Assembly (NCBI RefSeq): GCF_006345805.1
Contig: NC_043011.1
Coordinates: forward strand, 37,894,464 to 37,958,463
Reading direction: 5' to 3'
Length of the DNA: 64,000 nt
DNA from: Octopus sinensis
Taxonomy: Eukaryota
Shown here piece after piece: positions 23,817 to 36,418 of this stretch. Below the pieces are notes generated by a model that was not told where the DNA came from, ran no database searches, and saw only the letters and a program-made list of their open reading frames with translations. The translations under genes were made by a program, and so were the position numbers. The stretch's first letter is position 1. The number at the start of each line of letters is the position of its first letter.

Positions 23817-24533
23817 TATATATATATTATATATATATATATATAATATATATATATACATACATATGTACATACATGTATACAAACAACACATACATAT
23901 ATACATACATTAATTTTTCGGAATACGAACGGATTTTTCCCAAGAAATATTGAAATTTTATATTGCAAAATTATTGAACCGTTGATAATAATACTAATAC
24001 ATCGTACACTTTAATTGTGATTCTCTTTCGATTTTTTTTATTAGTATTGATGTGAAAATACCATTTTGTGTAAAATTCCTTTCTATATTGGTTATTTGTA
24101 AGTGCTACTGAGAGCGTTCCTGGGTGTGTAAAATTTATATAATTTTACGTAAGATACCTCTGTGAAACTATAATTTTCTTGGTAAGATGTGCCTATAGTA
24201 GCAATTTGGATCGGTTTTCGAACACATTTCATTCACCTTGCTCACGTGTTTTTCACTATATTGACAACACGGGCATGTGTCTGTGTGTGTGTGTATGTGT
24301 GTGTGTGTGTGGTAAGAATTTTGCGTCTCAAGCACGTGGATCCATGATGAATCCCACAGTGTGGAAGTTTGGGCAAGTGTCTTCTACAATAGCATCGGGC
24401 TAACGAATGACCTGTGAGGGGATTTGGTAGAGATAAACGTTGAGAAGCCTTTTGCATATATATATATATATATAAACAATACAATAAATAGAGAAATACA
24501 ATTGACGATCTAACAATTTATTTTTATTATAAT

Positions 24534-24761
24534 ACTCTTTACACTTTTACTCTTTTACGTGTTTCAGTCATTTGACTGCGGCCATGCTGGAGCACCGCCT
24601 TTAGTCGAGCAAATCGACCCCTGGACTTATTCGTTGTAAGCCCAGTACTTATTCTACCGGTCTCTTTGGCCGAACCGCTATGTGACAGGGACGTAAACAC
24701 ACCAGCATCGGTCAAGCTATGCTAGGGGGACAAACACAGACACACAAACACACACACATAA

Positions 24762-24812
<51 letters not shown>

Positions 24813-24879
24813 TACGACAGGCTTCTTTCAGTTTCTACCAAATCCACTCACAAGGCGAGCTATAGCAGAAGACACTTGC
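24534..24879 (-). mobile_element. SINE family B, 5'-truncated and fused to an inverted fragment
   Basis: Tail and body match family B and end in a foldback at 24859-24912. Confidence 0.8.
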
Positions 24880-25331
24880 GTGGCATCTTGAGCAAGTGTC
24901 TTCTGCTATAGCCCCGAGCCGACCGATGCTTTGTGATATAAATATAGGTACTTGTTAACGCACACGCACCAAAGCATAGGTATTTTGAATCAGTATTATC
25001 AAACTCGCAGTCCATTTACATGGAATTTCGTCTTCCTATTTGAACCAAAACCCTGAAGAGACATGTATACGTGGATATGAATTGTTTATATATCAAATAA
25101 TATATATAAGTCAAAATAAATTGTTGGCTTTTTGTTTATTTTTAAAAAATTATTATAATTATAGTATATTATATTGTAATATAAAAACTTTATTAGACTG
25201 TGAATTGTATTTCTTTGTTTAATTTATCGCTTGTAATTTGTATTTTTACCCTTATTACTGTGGTATTCAACTAACGTACTGCTGAGTTAGATTGTTTACA
25301 CACCATCGAAGAAATTCTTTCCTTTGTTTGT

Positions 25332-25382
<51 letters not shown>

Positions 25383-25453
25383 CCTGTGTGTGTATGTATA
25401 TATATATATGTATATAATAAGTATATATATATATAATATAACTATATATATAT

Positions 25454-25743
25454 AGGCGCAGGAGTGGCAGTGTTGTAAGTAGCTTGCTTACAAACCACAT
25501 AGTTCCGGGTTCAGTCCAGCTGCGTGGCATATTGAGCAAATGTCTTCTACTATAGCCGTCGACGGCTTATATGCCTTAATACTAGGCTATTTCCCCGTAA
25601 CTTAGCGATTCGGCAAAAGAGAGCGATAGAATAAGTACTAGGCTTACAAAGAATAAGTCTTGGGGGTCGATGTGCTCGACTAAAGGCGGTGCTCCGGCAT
25701 GGTCACACTCAAATGACTGAAACAAGTAAAATAGTAAAAGAGT
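25454..25743 (+). mobile_element. SINE family B with its middle replaced by a 42-bp local sequence
   Basis: Head to CTACTATAGCC, then 42 bp identical to 26231-26272, then resumes at CCCCGTAACTTAGCG. Confidence 0.85.
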
Positions 25744-25825
25744 AATATGTGTGTGTATAAATATATATGTATATATACAACTATGTATACATATATATAT
25801 ATATATATGTATATATATACATATA

Positions 25826-25872
<47 letters not shown>

Positions 25873-25926
25873 ATATATACATATATATAATATATATATG
25901 TATATATATATATATATATATAATAT

Positions 25927-25971
<45 letters not shown>

Positions 25972-26979
25972 CATATATATATACACATATTCTGTAAATA
26001 ATAATATTACTTATAAGTTTCAAGCTTATAAGCGATCACCTTATTGTCCACCATATGTAAAAGAAAATAGTCTAGGATTAAAGAATATATAGTCATCGGC
26101 AAAAAAGTGTGTTTTGAGTACACATAGGACTTGAACTCATATCTCTTATATGCGCGATAATAGTCAGCTTATTTATCGTGAATAAAATATGTGTGGGTTC
26201 GAATAGCATGCAAACGGAAAACCCACATTTTAGCCGTCGACGGCTTATATGCCTTAATACTAGGCTATTTCCTTTAGTCGATATTAAGCCTGAAGTTTAC
26301 TAATATTATTATTTCTAGAATTGTCCCCACTTCTCAATTTATCGCATGTATACATATGTGTATGCGTGTGAATGTGTGTGTGCGTATGCGTGTGTGTGTG
26401 TGTGTATATATATGTGTGTATGTATACATGCATGTGTTGAGAGCATGTATGTGTGTGCATGTGTGTGTGTGCTACTGCACTTCTTTTCTTTTACTAGCGG
26501 TTCGCAACCTTCTTATAACATTGCCCAACCCCACATCTTTATGTAATCGTTTATAACCGTATTGACCACCATCATGTAACTTTTTTAAATGTAATTAAGT
26601 TTTATTATTAATAAAACAATCATTTCATCTTAAGCAATAATTCCTTTGTTGCTCTATGGTCTTGCTGTTTCTGATAAAGTCTTAAAGAAATCTAATGAAA
26701 CTCCTTAAAGAAAAGGGGAAAAAAAGCAATATCGATCCAGTCTCATTATATTGATTTCAAATTTTGGCACAAAACCAGCAATTTAAGAAGAAGTGGGTAA
26801 GTCAGTTAGATCGATTCAAGTTTTCGACCGTTACGTATTTCATTGCAAGGAAGTATGAAGCGCAAAGGCGAACTCAGCTGAATTTGAACTCAAAACATAA
26901 ATACAGACGAAAAGCCAGTGAGCCTTTCGCCCGGTATGCTAAAGATTCTGCCTGCTCCCCGCTTTATCCAATCATATGA

Positions 26980-27420
26980 TATTCTTTTCTATTCTAGTCA
27001 CAAGGCCCGATTTTCTTTTTTTTTTGTAGGGAAGCAGTCGATTACATCGACCCCTGTATGCAACTGGTACTTGATTTATCGAACCAGTAAGGATGAAAGG
27101 TAAAGTCATCCTCAGGGGAATTTGAACTCAGAGCATACCGCTATGCATTTCGCCCGATGTGCTAACGTTTCTGCACGCTCGCCACCTTCAACTTATATGA
27201 TACTGATCTCAAATTCTGGTACAAGGACAGCAATATCGAACGAGTTTGGAAGCCAGTTAGATCCACCCCGTTGTTCAACTAATATTTACTTTTTATTGAC
27301 CCTGGAAGAATCAAAGGCAGAATCAGCCTCTGTGTAAGTTAAACTCAGAACGTAAAGACGGACGAAATGCCGCTATTTTGCTCGGTGTGCTAAATAATTC
27401 TGCCAGTTCGCAGGCTTATC
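26980..27420 (-). mobile_element. Degraded SINE family A remnants
   Basis: Tail TTCTATTCTAGTCACAAGGCCCGA and core GAATTTGAACTCAGA fragments. Confidence 0.65.
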
Positions 27421-28424
27421 CCGTCATATAATATTGAAGTAGACAAAATATTTCATCAGAAATATGTTTGGTGAAAACAGGACACACAATCGATAATTTC
27501 ACTGGAAATTAGGAAGTTTTGGCTTTAAACTAGCGTGTTATGAAGAATCAGTTGGGTAATAAAAGTTTCAGACGCTTATCGACCTCTTCAATAAACACAT
27601 AATCCAGCCTTAGGGGCCAATATTTACCATTTTACTTTCCCACCCTGCTGCATAGTTTTTCAAATTGGTTTACTTTGCTGTGTTCTATTTACTCATAAAC
27701 TGCAGTTCTGTCCTTCAAAGAAAATATATAAATATCTCAGGTTTATCTTAATCCCTTTAGGCTCAATGCTTAGATCATGGCTTCCCTATAGACAGATACG
27801 TTGCTCTATTTCTTTTGTTGTCATCATCAGTTAAATCGCGCAAAACATAGGAGAATCTAATATGGCATCATAATACGGTGTGGTCTAAAACTGTTGAAAA
27901 CTAGTTTAAAAAAATGTCCTCTTTCTATAGAGGTAATATGGATCTAATTCAATATACAAATGCTAAGGCAGCGGGCAGGCAGAATCGCCTGGGAGCATTT
28001 TGTCTGTCTTTACGTTCTGAAGGGTCGTTGTTCCCTTTCATTCTTTCATGCACAAAACGAAAAGTTACCATTTGAGCCCTGGGCTCGATGTAATTGGTTC
28101 TAAATGAATTCGTCTACAACAAATTGTCTGCTTGTGGTTGTATGTGTGTGTGTGTGTTTGTATGTATTCATGTGTGTGAGTGTGTAGTTGTGCGTGTGGT
28201 TGTATGTGTGTGTATGTGTGATTGTATGTGTATCTATAGTTGTATATGTGTGTGAGGTTGTATGCATGTGTGTGTAGTTGCATGTGTTTGTAATGTATGA
28301 GTGTGTGTGGTTGTATGTGTGTGGTTGTATGTGTGTGGTTGTATGTGTGTGGCTGTATGTATGAGTGTGTGCGTGTGATATTTTTGTCTGCAGTTGTACG
28401 TGTGTGTTTGGTTGTATGTATGTG

Positions 28425-28590
28425 GATTTCGCCCGACGCTACGTTCTGAACTCAAATACCGCGGTGGTCAACTTTGCTTTCCATCCTTTTGGGGTCGAAA
28501 TATTCACTACCCGTGAAACAATGGGATCGATGTAATCGACTCCTCCCCATCTCCGAAATGTCAAGCCTTGTGCGTTTAGTAGAAATTATT
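28425..28590 (+). mobile_element. SINE family A, degraded monomer
   Basis: GTCAACTTTGCTTTCCATCCTTTTGGGGTCGA core and AGCCTTGTGCGTTTAGTAGAAA tail. Confidence 0.7.
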
Positions 28591-28640
28591 ATTATTATTT
28601 TTGTTGTTGTTATTGTTGTTGTTGTTGTTGTTATTGTTGA

Positions 28641-28681
<41 letters not shown>

Positions 28682-28699
28682 TTGTTGTTTTAAAACGGA

Positions 28700-28882
28700 G
28701 TGACGTAACTCTTCTCATTGACTGCAGTACTTGATTTTTATTAATTCCATGAACTCCGAAAGGATAAAATGCAAAGTCTTCATCGGCGGAATTTGAACTC
28801 AGAACGTAACGTCGGACGAAATACTGATAAGCATTTTTACCGGAGTGCAAACGATTCTGCCAGCTCGCAGACTCATAGCCGC
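28700..28882 (-). mobile_element. SINE family A, head plus core
   Basis: GGCGGAATTTGAACTCAGAACGTAACGTCGGACGAAATAC...TTCTGCCAGCTCGC on the plus strand. Confidence 0.75.
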
Positions 28883-29847
28883 CATTTAATAAAACTACCA
28901 AGAACGATGTAATAAACAGTACTAAATTCAATATCTTTGGCAGTAAAATTTTAAAACAAAAACGCATCTATTCCATCGAGAGATATGAAATAAATTCTTT
29001 AAGAGCTGAATCAATTTTCTCAAGAGGATGTTACATCTGTCCCTTAATCGATCGAACTGAAAGGACATTCAAAGCGCTTACTCAAATCGATTGCTAAAAT
29101 CAATTAATGTGCTCAGATGTCAAAATTTGAAAGCTAGAAATAAACGCTAAGTACTTATAACATAAATATATAATGAATAAATATTTACAACATGAAAATA
29201 CAATAATTTTATCACGTAAGCTGGATTGATCGACCTTATATACATAAATTAGAATTGCAAGTAAAATCTTATGTTGCATTTTAATGTGTTTGTGTGTTTT
29301 TATTGGTTTTTTTTTTTTTGCAGGAGCAGTTGTATTTTTATGGTTGGCAGTTATGTGAGCAGGGACGTTTCGAATATTTTTATACCAACGTAGTACAATT
29401 TATCATTATATATGCACGGCTACATTGTGAAAAAAATGTCTTATTATTTTTTTTTTAAATCAGTATTCAGAACAATATTTTGGTTGCTATTTCTCGACGG
29501 TACAATTATGTCAGGAAGCTCTTTAAATCTTTTGTGGTGAAGTTTACCATAAAAATAAGCATTGATGCTTCCTTCCAAATGAGTATGATTTATCTGACTT
29601 AGTAATATATGTCAAGTTAAATATTTTTGGAGCCAATGTAATTCCGACAAAGTGACACTCACGGAGCTCCAGTTATTGATCATGATATAATTACGGATGT
29701 GACTAGACTAAGAATTGACAGCGTAAGAAAGACATAAAGAGAAGTATACATGCAATTTGGCGAGAGAAGCATGAAATTAAGTACTTTGCCTATGAAATAT
29801 GTTACCATGATTATAGATACACACACAAACACACACACATATCTGCA

Positions 29848-29967
29848 CAGTAATACCTCACTTTACGAGGATCCGCTTTACGAGACACTGGGTTTATGAA
29901 TTTTTACGAGCTTTCGCTTACGAGCGTTCTTCGGAAACGAATTAACTCGTATATCGTGGCATTACTA
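29848..29967. mobile_element. Small pogo/Tigger-like MITE (120 bp)
   Basis: CAGTAATACCTCACTTTACGAG versus the reverse complement of the right end, TAGTAATGCCACGATATACGAG. Confidence 0.55.
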
Positions 29968-29978
29968 TGTGTGTGTGC

Positions 29979-30039
<61 letters not shown>

Positions 30040-30487
30040 CGTGTGTTTGTGTGTGTGTGTATAACAAGTGAAGCACAGGCGTCAGTTCATTACGGCCGCT
30101 TCTACCGACTCTTTAATTGATTGATGAGTATATTATATTATTATAAAGAAACAGTTTCTCTGAAAGGAATACATGAACTTTACAATCAAGGACATTCCAA
30201 ACGATTTAGCATATTTTAAAATCCACGGAGCAAAACATTTTCACTGGTTTTGCTAGTTTTTCAATTAACAGAATGGATTTACCAAAATAACCAAAACGAC
30301 TTTGATAATTTAGTAGGATGATCTGACCATAGATAATTTTCTTACCACTTACCAGTAGACAATAGGCAACTCCTTGGTAGACATATCCCAGACAGACAGT
30401 GACGCGATTTTCTCTCTTGTTACAAGTGGAGATAATTGTGCCACTGGAGGTTGCATATTCCTTCCCCACAGTAAAAAACGTACTAAC

Positions 30488-30538
30488 CTCTAAATTTCTC
30501 TGATCTGATTATATGCAGCTCATTTTGATAAGTCCATT
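30488..30538 (-). CDS. Candidate 51-nt internal exon, (K)WTYQNELHIIRSEKFR, product unknown
   Basis: Minus acceptor ctatttcaattgacAG and donor GTTAGT. Only one frame is open, and it fits the candidate exon at 30866-30908. Confidence 0.35.
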
Positions 30539-30865
30539 CTGTCAATTGAAATAGTTGCAGAATCATTAAAATAGGTTTTACTTCGTGGATATCAAAATAG
30601 GTTAAATTATTTAGAACGTCCTTCATTGTAAAGTTTATGTATTCATCCGAGGAAAACGTTTTCTTTATAATGATATAATGTACTCATTAATTAATTAAAG
30701 GAGCAGTTAGAAACTGCGGTAATGAATTAACACTTGTCCTTCAATTGTTATTCATATTTTATTCACTTATCTGGGAACATGCCCTTCGCAAATTCTGAAG
30801 TATATTATGGACGATATATTTAATAAAATATATATGTCTAAATAGCTCAAGAGCTGTTGACATAC

Positions 30866-30908
30866 TCAGCTGAGTCAAATTGTGTGCATGCACTACAGGA
30901 ATATCATT
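30866..30908 (-). CDS. Candidate 43-nt internal exon, NDIPVVHAHNLTQL(K), product unknown
   Basis: Minus acceptor tttggtacAG and donor GTATGT. Only frame 0 is open; it splices in frame to 30488-30538 across a 327-nt intron. Confidence 0.3.
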
Positions 30909-31040
30909 CTGTACCAAAGTTGATATTTACATAATATTGTTGTGTGAGTGTGTTTGTGTATTATTCCGACCTAACGCAGCGACTGAACTTAAGTACCCAA
31001 TTCAACTGGATTTTATATATATTTATACATACATGCATAT

Positions 31041-31071
<31 letters not shown>

Positions 31072-31554
31072 ATATATATATATATATACATACATACATA
31101 CATAAATACATACATATATACATATACAGATATATATATATATATATATATATATTACATATGTCCACATACACGTCTGTGTGTGGATGGAAGTCTTAAT
31201 ATTTAATTAACAGAAATTAACAGGCACACACTGAACGACGTCCAATTTTTGCTACACTTAGCTGTCATGACCTTCTCTGACATCTCTTTATTGAATTTAA
31301 GTGTCAAAGGCTCTAAAATACAATAGGATCCTGTGTAGTGAATACGATGGAATATGAAGCTATCGCACGTCTTATGTGGCTGGATATCGGGGAAAAAAAC
31401 CTTTAGCTAATTGAAGGAAACTCATGAAGGATTGAGCCATGATTATGTGTGTAGATGAAATATTACAGTGAGTCATCCGAATTGCTTAGGTTGTCAAAAG
31501 TGTGATGGACTTGCAACATCAGTGTCTGTTTGAATGCATGTGTGAGTGTATATA

Positions 31555-31619
<65 letters not shown>

Positions 31620-31639
31620 AATCCAAACATTAAAACACA

Positions 31640-31825
31640 AAGAGAAAACACAACAACGCAAGGACGTGGAGCAAGTATAGTATTATTGGACGCTCGGGAA
31701 AGAAGGAAAGAAGGAGGGTATAATGTTTCGAGCGGAGCTCTTCGTCAGAAACATAGGAAAAGGAAAGGTCCAAAGAAGGGAAGACGGAGGGATAAAATCG
31801 CCAACGGTACACACGTGGTAACATT
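31640..31825 (-). mobile_element. Penelope-like repeat end with decayed minimal hammerhead (core about 31716-31752)
   Basis: Minus: GTTT-CTGACGA-A-GAGC-TCC-GCTC-GAAA-CATTATAC; lies between (TA)n tracts. Confidence 0.55.
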
Positions 31826-32095
31826 TTGAATATATATATATATATAAACATATATGTCAAAATAAGCAACAGGGATATCCAGAGGTAATGCAGTACGATC
31901 GTTTCGTGCAACTCCATTTAATTGAACAATGCAGTCATTACATCAATATAAAATGAAGAGCAATCCTCAGCTGCATAAAAACATAGAATTTAATTAAATT
32001 AGAACAGATGGACACATTAGTATAATTATACATAAATCGCCAAGAAGTTAAGGAGATAGACAAAGAACATGCTGTCTCCAATCCATTATAGAAGT

Positions 32096-32184
<89 letters not shown>

Positions 32185-33230
32185 TAAAAGGAAAAGGAGA
32201 TTTACGATTACTATAATTTAAATATGATTTATTAACATAATATTATATTACAATAAATATAATATAATATGATATGAATAGAAGTACAAATATTTATCCT
32301 ACAGATTTTTTTGATTAATACTCAATAATGAATTCTCAAGAACTTCATATTAATGCGTACGAATGAGATCAGTGAAATATTCCCCTGATGAGATTCACAC
32401 ACATAAATATGAATTTTTTTATAAATTTAATATTGGGTATGATTCGAAACATTTAAAATACGTCAATCGTAAATCTCCATATCCTTTTAATTTTTCTATA
32501 TTGAATATATACTCTTTTGGGTTGTGGAAAAATTTTTTGTGCCATATTGGATATTTACTGAAAAACCAGTGGAAAATTCGGTGTTTTTCGATTCCTATAA
32601 AAAAAATCCACTTTCTCCTTGTATTGAATTTATATATATATATGCTCCTCTGAATACATATATATTTACATCATATATATGCGCATAGAGGCGCAGCCGC
32701 GGCTTCGTGGTAAAAAAAACTTGCATATCAACTACATGGTTCCTTATCAAATTGTCTTCTACAATTCACCCTTTTGAGTGAATTTGGTAGATGGAACCTG
32801 AAAGAAGCCTGTCGAATATGCGTATATGTGAGTGTATCTATGTGTGTATATTTTTGTCTGTGGTTGCCCACTCACCATCGCCTGAAAAAAGGTGCTGGTG
32901 AATGTAATCTTACACGTTAACCGTGTCTTCATTCATGTCATAGTCCAGAGCAGTCATGAAAAGATAGGATGCCAATGCGATAGTAGTTATGATATACATA
33001 CATACATACATAAATACATACATGCATATACATATACACACGCGCAAGCAAATACACACACACGCGCACTCACGCAAACACACATATGTATATATATATT
33101 TTTGTATATATATATATATATATATGCATGTATGATTACGTGTGTATATGTCCACGTGAGTGTGCATGATTATATGTACGTGCATATGTATATCTATATA
33201 TATATACAGAGAAAAAGAAACAGACAGACG

Positions 33231-33265
<35 letters not shown>

Positions 33266-34666
33266 TTAGACAGACAGATAGACAGATAGAGATAGCAGTC
33301 AGACAAAGATATAGATAAATACACCAAGTTTTAAGATCGATGCCTTCCAATATCTTCGATTGCAGTATAGGCAACTCACGATGTTGCAATAATGGGATAG
33401 AAATCCTTTAATCCGGAATAACGCGGACCCTTTGTTACTGACGGTTCAGGTTTGAGAAATTAATAATAATGATAGAGTAAGACTTGCTTGTATAAATTCT
33501 AAGTTCGTGGAGACATTAACCTCAGCAGCAGAGTATTGAAAACGCAGTGAGCGAGAGGCTGCCTTACGTTGCGCTCATAAAAATGTAACAATGGATGTAT
33601 AACAGGCATTATCACAAATACATCAATAGTTGAAGTAAAGCAATTCTTTATGCTTGAAAAAAAAAAAAAGCACGTCATTATATCACTTCAATCAGAGCAC
33701 GTCAATATAGAAATCTAATACTAAACTACACAAGAGGATGAAATATGCAACTCACAGGAAGTCTTATTGAAGTTTCAGTTAACAATTGTCCAACAAATTG
33801 CAGCAAGATATTGGTTCCGATAATCGAATTATTTCAAATCATCACACTTGGGGAAAAAAAATTTATTCAGCAACCATTCATGAGAACACATCGCCTACAT
33901 AAAACGTATCTGGAACTGATATATCCTTGTCTGGGAATGTTTGCTGTCATATCATTTTTGCAAACAAGCTGATATCTGGTGGTGAATGTCTTTTTCTTTT
34001 GTTTGTCTGGTTTTTTTTTGTTGTTTTTTTTTTGCATGTATTAGATAACAAAAATTTTTTTGTCTGTTTCTGCTTCTTAGTGAAAGTGAGTAATCATAAT
34101 CACCCAGGAATTAACTGCAGAGAGAAATTTAATTTACGTGGGTTTTTTTTTTATACCTTTCCATCATGTATTCTCGACTGAATGTCTGTAGCACGGTAGT
34201 GCACTACAAAGAACCATCTTTGAAAAAAATGAATAACATTAACATATGTTCGAGATAAAGTTATAGGTAATAAAATGGTTGTAAGAAAGTTGGTACTCAA
34301 ATACATGGTTCCGAGTTCGCTGTCAGTGCGTGGAAATTTCGGCAAGAGTTTTCTTCTATAGTTCAAGGTCAAACAAATGCTTGTGAGTGGATTTATTGGA
34401 GGGAAACTGAAAAAGGCCCGTTGTATGTGTGTGTGTGTTTCTGTGTGTTTGTGTGTGTGCGTTTCTGTATGTGTTTCTCTTTATCGTTATGGTCGTTCCC
34501 CCCACTATGCCTTGCAAACGTACACACACACACACACAAGACAATGTTTCCTGAGGCTAAATAGCAGTATCATTCGTCCTAATCACCACTGCCACATTAT
34601 GTTGGCAAATAATCCTCACTCCAGAGTACTGTTACTGAATGTCTATCGTTCTGAGCTTTTAAGATA

Positions 34667-34744
<78 letters not shown>

Positions 34745-34747
34745 ATA

Positions 34748-34790
<43 letters not shown>

Positions 34791-34792
<2 letters not shown>

Positions 34793-36345
34793 GGAATAAT
34801 TAAAATTCAGTTGAATTAGGTACTTAAGTTGAGGCAGTACGTCAATCCGGTATTATCCGCACTGCTCGAAGGTGAATAAAAAGCAAATAAGTAACAAGAA
34901 TGTCCAGGTACTAGTGCGTTACGGCTGTTCAAAGCGGCTCCATTTAATCGATCAACGTGAGCATTACATCAATTTGAAATACACCACCTTCCTTGGTTGA
35001 AAAAGACCATATGTGTTTTGAACATACAGGATATTCTATTATAATTTTTTTAACAAATTTTTATCAGAAATAGAGAATAAAATTATTACAAGATTGTTGC
35101 TATTATTGTAGCAAAATGAACTTAGGGAAAAAATAACCCAACTATAATTTGAAGTAGCAAAAGAATAACAATGGATGTCACTTGATGGTAATATACCTAC
35201 GTTTATCTCACTCGTTATGACAATCAGAAGATCTAATACGGTTAGAATTCTACATCCACTTAGAAATAAAACCACTGGGAATTGACGGTTAAGTTCTAAC
35301 TGCTGGTAAATCAATTAATGTCAGATACTCTTCCCTACACATATTTTGCAGTGGCAATAAATTCGCTATCTGTACATAGAACATTTCTCAGACGATGCCA
35401 ATAAGACTATGTCAAGAAAGAGGGTGGTTAAGTGTGACACAGATTATTTTACTATTATCATTTTGAAGGAGCCTAAAATAGAAAACAATGCAGGTCACAA
35501 TGACATCTAAATAAGCATTTAGTGTAAAGGGGAAAAATTATATCCAAATTTAGTTAAACTTATATATTTCTATATTTTGTAAAATAAATAATAATTTTCT
35601 TTAAATTTAGAAGGTGATTTAAGGACTAAGTAAGAGAAAAAGGATATATAAAGCAATTTAAGCCCTAAAAATGTAGACGACTATTATATAAAACAGAAAA
35701 GGCGTCGATCTGACAGAATCATTACCATGCCGGGAGAAATGCGTAGCGGTATTTCGTCTGCCGTTACGTTGTGAGTTCAAATCCCGCCGAGGTCGACTTT
35801 GCCTTTCATCCTTTCGGGGTCGATAAATTAAGTACCAGTTACGCACTGGGGTCGATGTAATCGATTTAATACCTATGTCTGTCCTTGTTTGTCCCCTCTG
35901 TGTTTAGCCCCTTGTGGGTAATAAAGAAATAAGTATTTCGTCTGCCGCTACGTTCTGTGTTCAAATTCCGCCGAGGTCGATTTTTGCCTTTCATCCTTTT
36001 AGGGTCGATAAATTAACTACCAGTTGAGTATTATGGTCGATATAATTGACTACGCCCTCCCCAAATTTCAGGTTTTGTGCCTATAGTAGAAACCTCATAA
36101 TGCTTCATCTTAGCAAATCATTCAACATTGAACCCATAATTAAATTCAGATTTCATCAGAGAAAGAGGTACACATATTCTATTGACAGAAAACCAGCGAT
36201 TAAAGGCAGAAAAAGGATATAATTAGTTCTATAAGAGATAAAATTATTAAAAAAAACACTTTCGGAAAATATAATTACATGGAAATATTAAAAATATCGA
36301 ACATTAATAAAAAATCTTGAAGGATATAAGGAAGTATCAAAAGAT

Positions 36346-36418
<73 letters not shown>

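Noticed and set aside
29320-29375. Plus-strand polyT-gcAG acceptor with a downstream GTGAGC
   Set aside because: A single isolated site with no frame-compatible partner found. Poly-T acceptor mimics are common here.
32375-32460. CTGATGA...GAAAC hammerhead-like spacing
   Set aside because: Stem I and stem III cannot be formed convincingly.
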